A stretch of 64,000 nt of DNA from contig CM059431.1 of assembly GCA_030390025.1 (NCBI GenBank), positions 21,576,001-21,640,000 of the forward strand, given 5' to 3'. This DNA comes from Squalus acanthias. Its lineage: Eukaryota. A program made the position numbers and the translations under genes. The notes beneath the pieces were generated by a model. That model saw only the letters and a list, made by a program, of their open reading frames with translations. It did no database searches and was not told where the DNA came from. Shown one piece after another: positions 1-11,384 of the stretch; position 1 is the first letter of the stretch; each line of letters begins with the position of its first letter.

Positions 1-414
1 GAAACTGAAAACTCCGATCAAATAAACTTTTCTAGGTCACAAATGTAATAGTCTATAAAATGGCCAAATACCATTTTTCAAGATACAAATGAGAATATAA
101 ACAAGAAGATTACTGTAAACTAAATGGAACTCAAACACCTGTAAATATTCTCACAAGTTCAAAGCAATTGAATACACATACTCTTTTAGATTCGGTAGAA
201 GTGAATACAATTTTTAAGAAAAACTGTAGATTAACATCATGTTTTTTAATCTTGTAATGAGGATAACATACTTGTGGAATTTTCAGTTTGGCACATCTGT
301 TCCACTCAACACAGTCTGGCCAACACGAGGAGGAAATTCTTTAATACTCCCACAATTCGTGATCTTTGTTTTGTTGCAGTCAGTAAGCAAGAAAATAAAT
401 GTTGGAAATCTTAC

Positions 415-512
415 CTCAAATCTTCCAGTAAATCACATTCCCCCTGATGCTTCGCCTGAAGTTTAGTCATTTGCTCAGCATGGATGTTTTTCAGTTCTTG
501 AGTAACTTTTAC
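415..512 (-). CDS. FCHSD2: FCHSD2 coding exon 2 (98 nt; VKVTQELKNIHAEQMTKLQAKHQGECDLLEDLR, start of the F-BAR domain)
   Basis: Minus strand reads ...ctttatcgaag|GTAAAAGTTACTCAAG...GATTTGAG|gtaag, with canonical acceptor and donor. The peptide closely matches the recalled vertebrate FCHSD2 N-terminus MQPPPRKVKVTQELKNIQVEQMTKLQAKHQAECDLLEDMR and is in frame with exon 1. The gene continues beyond the left edge of the window. Confidence 0.93.
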
Positions 513-1387
513 CTTCGATAAAGAAGAAACACACCGTTGCTTTGAGAGATAACAAAGCCTTACAAATAAAACGATTTCCAAGCTACAACTGACCCCACCA
601 GTTTACTCACGAGAACGTGCGAAACAAACATAAAACAGCGGCATTTAGTGCAGTTTTATGCCAACGTACGCGTTAGATTTCCCCAGAAAAATTACACAAA
701 CGTTTGAGAGACAGCATTAAAAAATGTCCTAAATTATGTAAATAGTGCGAAACATTTCAACCCGACATGTTTAAATTTTAACGCAGCAGGGATGGCTATT
801 TAAACGATTTCAGGCAATTCTACCCTCGTGATATTTCACAGCGAAAGTCATTGATTTAAAGATAAATTTATTCTACCCACTTCCCATAAAGCGTCTTTCC
901 TTGAATGTCCACTCCGATTTCAAGGTTTTTAAAAGACAGAATTGTGTACATTTTGGTCTACACTTCGACGCTTACATGATACTCAAATGGATGAAGCACA
1001 ATAGAAAAAAAACGCAAGGTTTCACTGAAAAATAATCCACTGCTCAGCCTCCAGAAAAACAATAACACCCCCTCCTTTCACATGTAAATATCTCACCATC
1101 ACCGGGATTGCAAACCGAATTGAGTCCACACTACATATTTACGTTCCGACATACCAAAAAAAAAATCATGTTAATTAAAACTATCTATAAATATCTCACC
1201 GCAATAACCCGAAGATAAACAAATTAACACTTTTTTGGGGGGGGGCATTTAAAAATATAAATCCAGAGGGTGTTTTTTAAATCTGAACACTAGGGACATT
1301 TTTATTTTTCTTCACCCCCCTTCTCGCATACGACATTTCTTCACAGCCGTGAATAAAAGATGTCTGTTTTCGGGGGAGCTCACTCAC

Positions 1388-1408
1388 CTTTCTCGGAGGA
1401 GGCTGCAT
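1388..1408 (-). CDS. FCHSD2: FCHSD2 coding exon 1 (ATG CAG CCT CCT CCG AGA AAG = MQPPPRK), followed by an 875-nt intron 1
   Basis: ATG at 1408-1406 and donor AAG|gtgagt at 1388/1387. A phase-0 join to exon 2 gives MQPPPRKVKVTQELK. Confidence 0.93.
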
Positions 1409-2165
1409 GTCGAAGAACTGACGGGAATCATAAATCCGATATTGGGGAGATGAAAAGAAAAGCCGAGGAGGAGGAGGAGATAGAAAGCCGCCGCCGCCGA
1501 TGGGGATGAGAGTGGGAAGAGGAAGAGGTGGAGGAGGAGGAAGAGAGAGGAGTGGGGGGGGGGGAGGAGGAGGACAGAGAAGGGATGAAAAGGAAGGAAA
1601 CTGCGGTACGTGGGCTGCTTGTTTCTGAGCCCGGGGTGAGAGTCGGAGGGGAGGGAAGGGAAGAGACAGTTGAGATGCGCTCCTGGCTTTTGCTGAGAGG
1701 TCACTCCGGCACCGCCATGATTTTTTTTCCCCCCCACACACACACACACACTCAGTCACTCCGCCAACAGACTCAATCAGAGAGAAAAATACCGATCAGA
1801 AAGGAGAGAGAGAGAGAGAGGCGATGAACATTAACCACCAAACGGCCCGGGGTTCCGCCGCGCAACAGCGACTTGCAGCGGCCGCCTCTGCAAAGGACAC
1901 TTTCCCCAAATAGGCGGGCAGAACTCCCACCCGAGTCAGAAAATGTCTTCGTGTCATCCAACGTCAGCGCTAATCCAGCCCGGCGGGCGCCCCTCCCTCC
2001 GCTCGGAGGCGCAGGGCCTCGGCCGTTGTTAGGCAACCGGCGCCCAGGGCAAGAGCAATCGAGCTGGATCGCATCGCCTCGATCGATCGATGCGCTCGGC
2101 GCCCACGCAGTTGTCTACCGCTGGAGCGCCACCCCCGAGCAGCGAAGGCCACTGACGATGCAGTG
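1409..2165 (-). promoter_or_regulatory. FCHSD2 5'UTR and CpG-island promoter region
   Basis: GC/CpG-dense stretch directly upstream of the start codon in otherwise AT-rich DNA, with polypyrimidine (CCT)n, (CA)n and (GA)n tracts. The TSS cannot be determined. Confidence 0.7.
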
Positions 2166-2569
2166 GCTGAATGAAAGAAATAAACACTTGCATTTATATA
2201 GCGCCTTTCACGACCACCGGACGACCCAAAGCGCTTTACAGCCAATTAAGTACTTTTTTTTTGCAAAGTGTAGTCACCGTTGTAATGTAGTGAAGGTGGC
2301 AGCTAATTTGCACACAGCAAGCTCCCACAATCAGCAATGTGATAATGACCAGATCATCTGTTTTAGTGATGTTGGTTGAGGGATAAATATTGGCGAGGAC
2401 ACCAAGGTTAACTCCCCTGCTCTTCTTGGAAATAGTGCCATGGGATCTTTTACACCCACCTGAGAGAGCAGACGGGACCTCAATTTAATGTCTCATCTGA
2501 AAGACAGCACCTCCAACAGTTCCGCACTCCCTCAGTACTGCACTGAAGTGTCAGCCTAGATTTTTATGA

Positions 2570-2933
2570 TGTGGAGATGCTGGTGTTGGACTGGGGTGGA
2601 CAAATGTGAGAAGTCGCATAACACCAGGTTATAGTCCAACAGCTTTATTTGAAATCACAAGCTTTCGGAGCGCTGCTCCTTTGTCAGGTGAAGTGAAGAG
2701 ATGCATTTTCCTGACTGACCTGTTTGGACCTTTGATTGCCGTAATTATCTCTTTGCCGAGGTGTGATAAAGGGCAGTTAGAAAGATTAACTGTAATCATC
2801 TGGCAGTGTTCTCTGACTATATATGCTGTGCCTATATGCATCTCTTCACTTCACCTGACGAAGGAGCAGCGCTCCGAAAGCTTGTGATTTCAAATAAAGC
2901 TGTTGAACTATAACCTGGTGTTGTGCGACTTCT
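2570..2933 (-). mobile_element. Short Penelope-like (Neptune-type) insertion with inverted pLTRs
   Basis: 12-bp TSD TAGATTTTTATG (2558-2569 / 2934-2945). Arms ~2611-2706 and ~2837-2933 are reverse complements, each with a hammerhead motif. Same terminal sequence as the GIY-YIG-bearing copy at 9285-10267. Confidence 0.8.
2851..2887 (+). ncRNA. Minimal type I hammerhead ribozyme motif (PLE pLTR)
   Basis: TCAC-CTGACGA-A-GGAGC agc GCTCC-GAAA-GC-T-T-GTGA: stem I TCAC/GTGA, core CUGANGA/GAAA, 5-bp stem II, palindromic AGCT stem III. The minus-strand partner at 2655-2691 has a mutated core (CTGACAA). Confidence 0.7.
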
Positions 2934-2998
2934 TAGATTTTTATGCTCAAGTCTCATGGAGTGGGACTTGAACCCACACCCTTCTGACTCAGAGGAAA

Positions 2999-3434
2999 GG
3001 GCAACACGGTGGCATAGTGGTTAGCACTGGTGCTTCACAGCGCCAGGGACCCGGGTTCGAATCTGACCTCGGGTGACTGTCTGTGTGGAGTTTGCACATT
3101 CTCCCCGTGTCTGCGTGGGTTTCCTCCGGGTGCTCCGGTTTCCTCCCACAGTCCAAAAATGTGCGGGTTCGGTTGATTTGGCTATGATAAATTGACCCTT
3201 AGTGTTAGGGGGGGATTAAATAGGTGGGGTTATGGGGATAGGATGGGATATGTTAGGGGGAATTAAATACGTGGGGATAGGGTGGGATAGGTGCAGGCTC
3301 GATGTGGGGATTCTGTGTGAGAAAGCAGGGACAGGGTACTGGATTTTGGATGATCAGCCATGATCGTATTGAATGGTGGAGCAGGCTCGATGGGCCGAAT
3401 GGCCTACTCCTGCTCCTAGTTTCTATGTTTCTAT
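2999..3434 (+). mobile_element. HE1-type V-SINE with CR1-derived 3' tail
   Basis: tRNA-like A/B boxes (TGGCATAGTGG / GGTTCGAATC), V-domain GTGGAGTTTGCACATTCTCCCCGTGTCTGCGTGGGTTTCCTCCGGGTGCTCCGGTTTCCTCCCACA, CR1 tail ending TTTCTATGTTTCTATG, and TSD GAAAGGG. Confidence 0.85.
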
Positions 3435-3489
3435 GAAAGGGTGCTACCCACTGAGTCACAGCTGACACTATAGTCCAAATGAAGTCCAA

Positions 3490-4555
3490 ATATGTCCACA
3501 TGACACGCAGAATGGGATTGTAAATGAATTTCAATATAGGTAAGTGTGAGGTGGTGCATTTTGGTCAGAGGAATAAGGAGGCCACATACTCATTATTATC
3601 TGGTCACTGTCACATTGCAGTTTGTGGAAGCTTGCTGTGCGGAAATTGGCTGTCGCATTTCCTACTTTGCAACAGTGAATACACTTCCAAAAAGTACTTA
3701 ATTGGCTGTAAAGTGCTTTTGGAAGTCCGGTGGATGTGAAAGGCGCTATATAAATGCAAGTCTTTTCTTTTGGCAAATAAGAGTCTGAATGGGGTAGAGG
3801 TGCAAAGGGGTCCAGGGGTACAAATTCACAAATCATTAAAAGTAGTAACATAGGTTAACAAAGCCATTAATAATTCAAACACAGCGCTGGGATTCATTTC
3901 TAGAGGAATAGAGTTCAAAAGCAGGGAAGTTATGTTAAACTTATATAGAACCTTAATTAGACCGCACTTAGAGTACTGTGTACTGTTCTAGTCTCCATAT
4001 TACAAAAAAAGACACAGAAGCACTGGAGAAAGTGTGAAACAGATTTACAAGGATGACACCGGATCTGAAAGAGTACAACTATCAGGGAAGACCAAATCAG
4101 CTGGGGTTCTTTTCTCTAGAAAAGAGAAGACTGAGAGGTGACCTGATAGAGGTCTTTAAAATTATGAAGGGGTTCAATAAGGTAGACCTGGAGAAGATGT
4201 TGCACATGTGGGGGATTCCAAAACTGGGGGCAATAAATATAAGATAGACACTAACAAATCCAGTAAAGAATTCAGGAGAAACTTCTTTAATCAGATAGTG
4301 GTGAGAATGTGGAACCCACTACCGCATGGAGCGGTTGAGGCGAATAGGATAGATGCACTTAAGGAGAAGCTAGATACGTACATGAGGGAGAAAGGAATAG
4401 AAGGATATGGTGATAGGGTGAGAGGAAGTAAAAGAAAGATCTTGCATTTATATAGCGCCTTTCACGATCAGGGAAGGTAAGATGGAGCATAAACACTGGC
4501 ATAGACCTGTGGGACTGACTGGCTTGTTTCTGTGCTGTAAATTCTTTGTAAGATT
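3490..4555 (+). mobile_element. Decayed CR1 LINE 3' fragment (with a SINE tail piece at ~3590-3770)
   Basis: Peptides KCEVVHFG, LEKRRLRGDLIEVFKIMKG and RRNFF..VVRMWN.LP are typical of the CR1 ORF2 C-terminus. Confidence 0.75.
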
Positions 4556-5664
4556 TAGGGATTTTTACCAGTGTTCCACCTATATTTTGCATGAAAACCT
4601 TAAATGAGTGATCATACTAATTGAAATATTGACAGTGGGATTTTTATTAAAAATTATCAAAATAATGAGGCAGCGTACCAGTGCCCATCATTATGGTTGA
4701 CAAATCAATCATTTTTGATTCAAAACTGTAACATACTTTTGACCTAAGTTTTTGAAAAAAAACCTTTTTTGCCCACCTTTCCACTCCACTCATGCGGCTG
4801 CCAACTCTTAGTAAGGAACAGTTCAATGGCACCAGCAGTTCTCTAGTATCTCTCCCAAGTGTCTATTATCCATGTTTAACACTAAGGCATGAGTTTTGGC
4901 AGGCTATTTGACTGCAGTGGGGATTGGGGCCATCACTGCCAAGCCTTGATTCTGACTTCACCCAGCAACTAATCTTATGCACTTTCCGTTTGCTAGATAG
5001 CATTCAGAAATAGCATCACCAGCAGATTATTGGAGTTACTGAAGCCAATTCTAGTGCATTCATTGGAATCCAGATCGAGATCAGCTAACCTAGCACAAAC
5101 TAGGAATGAACCTTGGGATTTTCTGATCTGTGTCAGTATTACACTGAGGCATTGGGCTGTCCTTGTATCACTATCAATAAAAAATAAATACAGTTCCATA
5201 TGTTTAAATGGGATTACAATCTACAGTCTCTCTCTGATCACAAACATAATTCGTAACACTTAACTCTAACATTTCTTCAATATTGACAACTCTGAAAATG
5301 ATAGAGCACAAATTCAAACATTTGAAGCAAAGTTTATTTTTTACAGATACATCAAAATAGGTTACTTTTCTGAAGCAAAATGATAGGTTGCAGAGGTGAA
5401 TTTCAATGAGCTTACATAGGAACATAGGAATTGCTGGATGAAAAAAGACCACAATCCATCTAGTTGCCTTCTATCATCCTGGTAGTTGCATGATGCAATG
5501 ATAATGGAGTTGTTGACTGACCATGGCAAGCAATCTCCATCAATTAGTCTACAACAGGCCCAGACATAAGGTGAGGAAACCCCCAGTGATGGAAAGCTTT
5601 GGGTACCATAGGTCCAAAGTCATCCATTCCTCCCAAGCATGCTACACTTACCATATGCCATGTC

Positions 5665-5807
5665 CAATGTTTCCCGTAATTTTTTGGGGGCCACGCGGCC
5701 CCCTTCAAAAGTCCGCTCTTGCGCGATTTTTCAATTTAAAAGCCAGCTCACCGGCTGCGCGGGACCCCTGGAGCATTGCGCGGCCGTGCAGCTTAAAGGG
5801 AACGTTG
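5665..5807. mobile_element. hAT-type MITE (143 bp)
   Basis: TIR CAATGTTTCCC...GGGAACGTTG and 8-bp TSD GCCATGTC/GTCATGTC. Sister copy at 49510-49662. Confidence 0.7.
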
Positions 5808-5953
5808 GTCATGTCTCAAATTACCCATATTCTGTATCCCAAGATAGTATTTTCTGAAAGAAATCTATCTAATATGCACTTCAATGAATCAATACTGTTT
5901 CAACCATCTCCTTAGGGTGCCTATTCCATGGAGCACTCGCTCACTGAAATAAT

Positions 5954-6672
5954 GGCCCCGATATTTACAGGGAAGCAGGGAGGGTGCGGGGAGGCCAAAA
6001 CTGGCCGAAGAACCTGGCAAGGCCTGGGATGCGAAGGTCCTGCTGAACTTAACGGCAGAACCTCATTATCATTTTTTTGTTCCTTTTCCTGCCCGGCATC
6101 CCGCCAAATTGACAGCCTGGTCGACGGCCGGGAGAGAAAACCAGCGGCAGGAGGCCGCAGCCGTGGACGGTCCCCAGCAATCGGGAGGGGGGGACGGTCG
6201 GCGATCGAGGCTCGGTGAGGGTGGGGGAGAGTGACCATCAGCTCAGGGGGGGAGAAATCGGCCATCGCGGCAGGGGGGAGAGATCAGCCATGATCAACAG
6301 GGGTAATTCTGAAGGCTTCCTTGAGCTGGAGAGAGCATTCCTGCTCCTCCTGGCCCACAATGAGTACTGGAAAAGGCACTTATTTTGTGGAGCCGGCAGC
6401 TCCCACCTCCCTTTCACTGCCATGTTTCCTAACCCCTGGGAAACCCATGCAGTAATAATGAATTTTAAATTGGGCTCGCAATTGCACGGTGGGAGGCCGA
6501 TTTAAATATGTTAATAAAGTGTCCCGCCTCTGTACGGCGGGACACTCAGATACCATGATATCCACCGCCGTATAAAAGCTAGTGGGTGCATGTGCAGTGT
6601 GATGGGGGCACGTTCCCCATATTTAAGCCTATAACCCTCTCCCGCCATCGTGGGAAGGTTAATATCAAGGCC
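5954..6672. mobile_element. Non-autonomous DNA transposon (probable PIF/Harbinger MITE)
   Basis: TIR GGCCCCGATATTTAC...GTTAATATCAAGGCC flanked by aat/tat. Internal motifs are shared with 18040-18543, 37390-38885 and 41175-41800. Confidence 0.55.
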
Positions 6673-6689
6673 TATGTCAGCTGTGATTT

Positions 6690-7165
6690 GTGTCAGCCGT
6701 GGCTCAGTGGGTAGCACCCTCGCCTCTGAGTCAGAGGTTTGTGGTTTCAAGTCCCACTCCAGAGACTTGAGCAGAAAATTCTCAGCTGACACTCCAGTGC
6801 AGTACGGAAGGAGCGCCTGCACTGTCGGAGGTGCTGTCTTTTGGATGAGACATTAAACCGAGGTACCTGTCTGCTCTCTCAGGTGGACATAAAAGATCCT
6901 ATGGCACTATTTCGAAGAAGAGCTGGGGAGTTATCCTTGGTGTCCTAGCAAATATTTATCCCTCAATCAACATCCTTAAAAAAACAGATTATCTGGTTAT
7001 TTTCACATTGCTGTTTGTGGGAGCTTGCTGTGTGCAGATTGGCTGCCGCGTTTCCTACATTACAACAGTGACTACACTTCAAAAAGTACTTGATTGGCTG
7101 TAAAGTACTTTGGGACATTGGTGGTTGTGAAAGGTGCTATATAAATGCATGTCTTTCTTTCCTTC
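6690..7165 (+). mobile_element. SacSINE1-like Deu-domain SINE (uninterrupted copy)
   Basis: tRNA-derived head (TGGCTCAGTGG...GTTTCAAGTCC), Deu-like core CTCTCAGGTGGACATAAAAGATCCTATGGCACTATTTCGAAGAAGAG, and tail GCTATATAAATGCATGTCTTTCTTTC. Many sister copies in the window. Confidence 0.8.
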
Positions 7166-7690
7166 CTATGTTTCTGCAGATTATTTTTGAATTTACCCCC
7201 TTCAAGCACAGGCCATGTCTTCTGGTTGTACTGTACTGGACAAGGTGAAAGAGTTTGTCGTGGTCCCTTTAGAATCCTAAAATCAGCTATCATATCACCT
7301 CTCAACATTCTCTTTTCCAGTCAGAACATTTTAGATAATCGCTCCTCATAATCCAATCTCTTCATCCCCGCAATCATTCTGATTGCTCTCTTCTGTAGCA
7401 GTTCAATAGCTGCAATATCCCTTTTGTACTGTGCCGACCAGTACTGTACACATTATTCTAAGTGCCGTTTCACCAATGAATTATAAAGTGGTAGGATTAC
7501 CTCACTATTTCGGCTCAATATTAACCTTTTAATATACCCCAACATCTGATTTGCTTTACTTACTGCTACTGAGCATTGTTGCGATCAATTTATTGTCAGT
7601 CTGGACCCCTGATCTCTTTCATTTTCCATGCACATTGTTTTCTTTCCATTTAAGTTGTAGTCCCTTCCTGGATTTTGTTGTCCCTATAAG
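7166..7690 (-). mobile_element. Old CR1-type LINE fragment
   Basis: Minus-strand peptide LRGDMIADFRILKG and a degraded EYCVQ.WS-like motif. Confidence 0.55.
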
Positions 7691-9376
7691 CAAGGTGAAC
7701 TAATCCCCATCTCACTTTTTGCTTTTTAGAAGCTAAGTGCTAAAATAGTTTCAATTTTTTTGCAATTTTTTCTGTATTTAGTATACAAAGTTACAACACA
7801 AAAAACAGAAAAGTAATTTATATTTTGAAAAAAAAATACTTGGTGTGATTTGGGATTTTTTCACAAGCCATTTGGTATTTTACTTTTTATGACTTCATCC
7901 AATTTCTTTAATTTCCTAAGGGAATTGACTACCATAGCTAAAACTTCCAAGATGATAAAGCTCTGTAAGAATTCTCCCTGTCCTCAAAAGATAACCTTGC
8001 AAAACTCCAGGCTATCAGTCTAACATCACATTATTTAGCTCTTACTAGTTGCATTCCACAGCAGTTTCCATGGTGGTCCCAGCAGCACAGGAACCAACCT
8101 GTTTCTTAAAATATTTAATGTCTCTGTTTTGATTTATCCTCGTATGTTTCAATTCAATTTTACCAAGATATGTAACTCATTCTTTTTTAAGGAGATAATT
8201 TACATTGTTTTTGTTGGGAGTCTGTTCCATATATCTACTGCTCTGTAGAAAAAAATTCAATTCTTACAATCTCTGTGATGGCCTGAATAACCATTCAATT
8301 CCACATTTTCTTATTTCAAAAAGAGCAAGATTCACTAATTTTTTTAATGTTTGGTGCCAGAGCTAATTATATGGCTCCACGTCTCACAAAGTTTTCTCCT
8401 TGTGATTGTTTGGAGTGCAGAACGACTTCAAGTAAAACACTGGATTATCAGTGGGCCTATGTTTTCACATAAGGGTAAATTTATGAGATCATTGATGGTG
8501 GTGCAGACACTCCATGGTGGAAGGCCTAAGGTGTAAAATTGGACACATCCTGGGACCTGGTCTCTTCAAGCGGACCTCTTAAAGGGATATTATTGTTTGA
8601 GTTGCTGTTAGAAGTATGTCTTTTGCATTTAAAATTACAGTTTGCTGCAATTTGCTCCATGCCTTAGTTGGTTTTGCTGGGTAGACTGCTATATTTGCAT
8701 GCTTTGCTTTTTTTCTGCAAATAGGATTACATAAGATATATGGCACAGAAACTGGCCATTCAGCCCAACCAGTCCATGCCGGCGTAGTATTATCCTGTCC
8801 ATCCCTTAGTGGCCCTATTCCCATCCTGATCTTCCTTTTTTTTATTTGTGTGCCTGTAAAATATTTTACTATTTTGTTTTATGTTCCTTGATAATTTAAT
8901 TTCATAGTTCCTCTTTGCCTTCCTAATTGTATTTTGACAGCTCTCCTAATCTCTTCGTATTCTCCCTTATCATGCTCTCCCATGACTTTCTTTCATTTTT
9001 CTAGGTCGATATATGGAGCCCTGATGCCCACAGAGATGCCCTGCAATTGAGGGAACCATGCCACCTACTTACATTTAAATAGTACCATACAAAGTGGTGA
9101 GGTTGAGAATTAAGAACATAAGAAATAGGAGCAGGAATAGATCATACAGCTCCTCGAGCCTGCTCCACCATTCAGTAAGATCATCGCTGATCTATGACCT
9201 TAACTCCACTTTCCCGCCCGATCCCCATATCCCTTGATTCCGTCAGAGTCCAAAAATTGATCTATCTCAGCTTTGAATATACTCGTCATGATGTGGAGAT
9301 GCCGGCGTTGGACTGGGGTGGACAAAAATGAGAAGTCGCACAACACCAGGTTATAGTCCAACAGATTTATTTAATT

Positions 9377-9414
9377 TTACAAGCTTTCGGAGCTGTCGCT
9401 CCTTCTTCAGGTAG
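9377..9414 (-). ncRNA. Minimal hammerhead ribozyme motif
   Basis: Reverse complement: TAC-CTGAAGA-A-GGAGC gaca GCTCC-GAAA-GC-T-T-GTA. Confidence 0.68.
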
Positions 9415-10179
9415 GGTAGCTGTGAGAGAATCTCCCAGAATTCACAATATAAACACAGAAAAAATGTATTCAAATCTTTCCCTACATCAAAGACACACTA
9501 AGAGCACAGCCAAGACAATGAGATGTGTCCCAGGGGGTCCAACGTGTCAAAACACCTGCTGGCTGCATATCCTCTCCATTTGTGTTTGGTTCTTGTGTAA
9601 AACCTGGAAAGACCGGCCATGATGTCAAGTCACGTTCTGTATCGTGACATGAACCCGATATCGCGATTGAGGCCATCCTCATGAGTGCGGAACTTGGCTA
9701 TCAGTTTCTGCTCTATGATTTTGCGCTGTCGTGTATCCCGAAGGCCGCCTTGGAGAACGCTTACCCGCAGATCCGAGGCTGAATGCCCCTGACTGCTGAA
9801 GTGTTCCCCGACTGGGAGGCAACCCTCCTGCCTGGCGATTGTTGCGCGGTGTCCGTTCATACGTTGTCTCAGAAACTGATAGCCAAGTTCCGCACTCATG
9901 AGGATGGCCTCAATCGCGATATCGGGTTCATGTCACGATACAGAACGTGACTTGACATCATGGCCGGTCTTTCCAGGTTTTTTTTTTAAAAACTAACACA
10001 AGAACCAACACAAATGGAGAGGATATGCAGCCAGCAGGTGTTTTGACACGTTGGACCCCCTGGGACACATCTCATTGTCTTGGCTGTGCTCTTAGTGTGT
10101 CTTTGATGTAGGGAAAGATTTGAATACATTTTTTTCTGTGTTTATATTGTGAATTCTGGGAGATTCTCTCACAGCTACC

Positions 10180-10217
10180 CTACCTGAAGAAGGAGCGACA
10201 GCTCCGAAAGCTTGTAA
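10180..10217 (+). ncRNA. Minimal hammerhead ribozyme motif (inverted pLTR copy)
   Basis: TAC-CTGAAGA-A-GGAGC gaca GCTCC-GAAA-GC-T-T-GTA, followed by AATAAA. Confidence 0.68.
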
Positions 10218-11384
10218 AATTAAATAAATCTGTTGGACTATAACCTGGTGTTGTGCGACTTCTCATTTTTGAATATACTCAACAACTGAGCATCCACAGC
10301 CCTCTGGGGTAGAGAATTCCAAAGATTCACAACCCTCTTAGTGAAGAAATTTCTCCTCATCTCAGTCCTAAATGACTGCCCCCTTATCCTGAGACTATGC
10401 CCCCCTAGTTGTAGACTCTCCAGCCAGGGGAAACAACCTCTCAGCATTTACCCTGTCAAGCCCTCTCAGAATCTTGTATCTTTCAATGAGATCACCTCTC
10501 ATTCTTATAAACTCCAGAGAGTATAGGCCCATTCTACTCAATCTCTCCTCATAGTACAACACTCTCGTCCCAGGAATCAATCTAATGAGCCTTCATTGCA
10601 CTGCCTCTAAGGCAAGTATATCTTTCCTTAGGTACGGAGAGCAAAACTGTACACAGTACTCCAGGTGTGGTCTCACTAAAGCCCTGTACAATTGCATAGT
10701 GCACATCAGTGACTGCTATCCAGAAAGTAGGCATGATGCTTTCATTATGTGGCAGTCCATGATGCCTGCATTATATGAAGGACTGAAACTGTTTAAGAAC
10801 AGCTGCATCACTAAATTTTTATGCCCCAGCCAAGTGTGCTACGGGCCAAATTTGCGAGGCATATCTTTTATTTACAAATGCTTGTTTAATTTATGGGGAG
10901 AGACTCCTATCATAGAGGCTAGCATGGCCTGCCTTCTGCCCTAGACCAGCTCAATCTCATGCTGCCATTTTGGCAAAATTAGGCCTATAATCTCTATAAG
11001 CTTTGGTTCAGAAAATGATAGTTAATTCTAAATGTACATTTCTGTATAAGAAAGAGAGACATGTTGACACTGTCTGAGAGGGAATTCTATAACTGGAGAA
11101 GTGCTGCGTATAGCTTCAGAGCTGGTACTCTGCAGATATTTTGGACTGAGAGAATTTTGAGGTGCAGCTGTAGCAACTCTGCTTGTCCATGTATTATAAC
11201 AACAACAACAACAACAGCAACTTGCATTGCAATAGCACTTTTACCATAACCAAAGGTCCTAAGATGTTTCACAAATAGTTGAAAGGAAAACAATACCAAG
11301 CCAGGAAGCAGGGGTTTAGGAAAGTGACTGAAAACTTGGCCAAAGAAATGGATCTTGAGGAAGTTTTAAAAGATAGAGAGGTAC

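Larger units (their letters stand above)
2172..3467 (-). mobile_element. SacSINE1-like Deu-domain SINE, interrupted by a PLE (2570-2933) and an HE1 SINE (2999-3434)
   Basis: Reverse complement of the intact copy at 6690-7165. tRNA-like head TGTCAGCTGTGACTCAGTGGGTAGCA at 3467 and tail GGCGCTATATAAATGCAAG...TTTCTTTC at ~2172. Confidence 0.75.
9285..10267 (-). mobile_element. 5'-truncated Penelope-like element: GIY-YIG C-terminus, pLTR and tail on minus, with an inverted pLTR at its 5' end
   Basis: TSD TTTGAATATACTC (9272-9284 / 10268-10280). Minus peptide RQRMNGHR..LPVGEHFS..GHS..DLRVSVL..R...EQKLIAKFRTHEDGLNRD is the PLE GIY-YIG endonuclease C-terminus. Arms ~9324-9710 and ~9870-10270 are near-perfect reverse complements. 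Confidence 0.88.
9112..10695 (-). mobile_element. CR1 LINE 3' fragment split by a PLE insertion
   Basis: Tail AAGAACATAAGAAATAGGAGCAGG at 9112. ORF2 C-terminal peptides RRNFFTKRVVNLWNSLP and RMRGDLIE...[16 protein letters not shown] resume after 10268. Confidence 0.85.

Noticed and set aside
239-466. 75-aa + strand ORF
   Set aside because: Antisense to FCHSD2 exon 2 and intron; no recognisable protein.
1277-1759. 160-aa proline-rich ORF containing MQPPPRKV
   Set aside because: Only MQPPPRK is coding. The rest is low-complexity 5'UTR and read-through of the gtgagt donor into intron 1.
3001-3075. tRNA-like sequences with A/B boxes (also at 6690, 17590, 21256)
   Set aside because: These are SINE heads continuing into V- or Deu-domains, not tRNA genes.
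11197-11220. (ACA)n microsatellite giving poly-T/poly-V ORFs
   Set aside because: Simple repeat at a retroelement tail; not coding.
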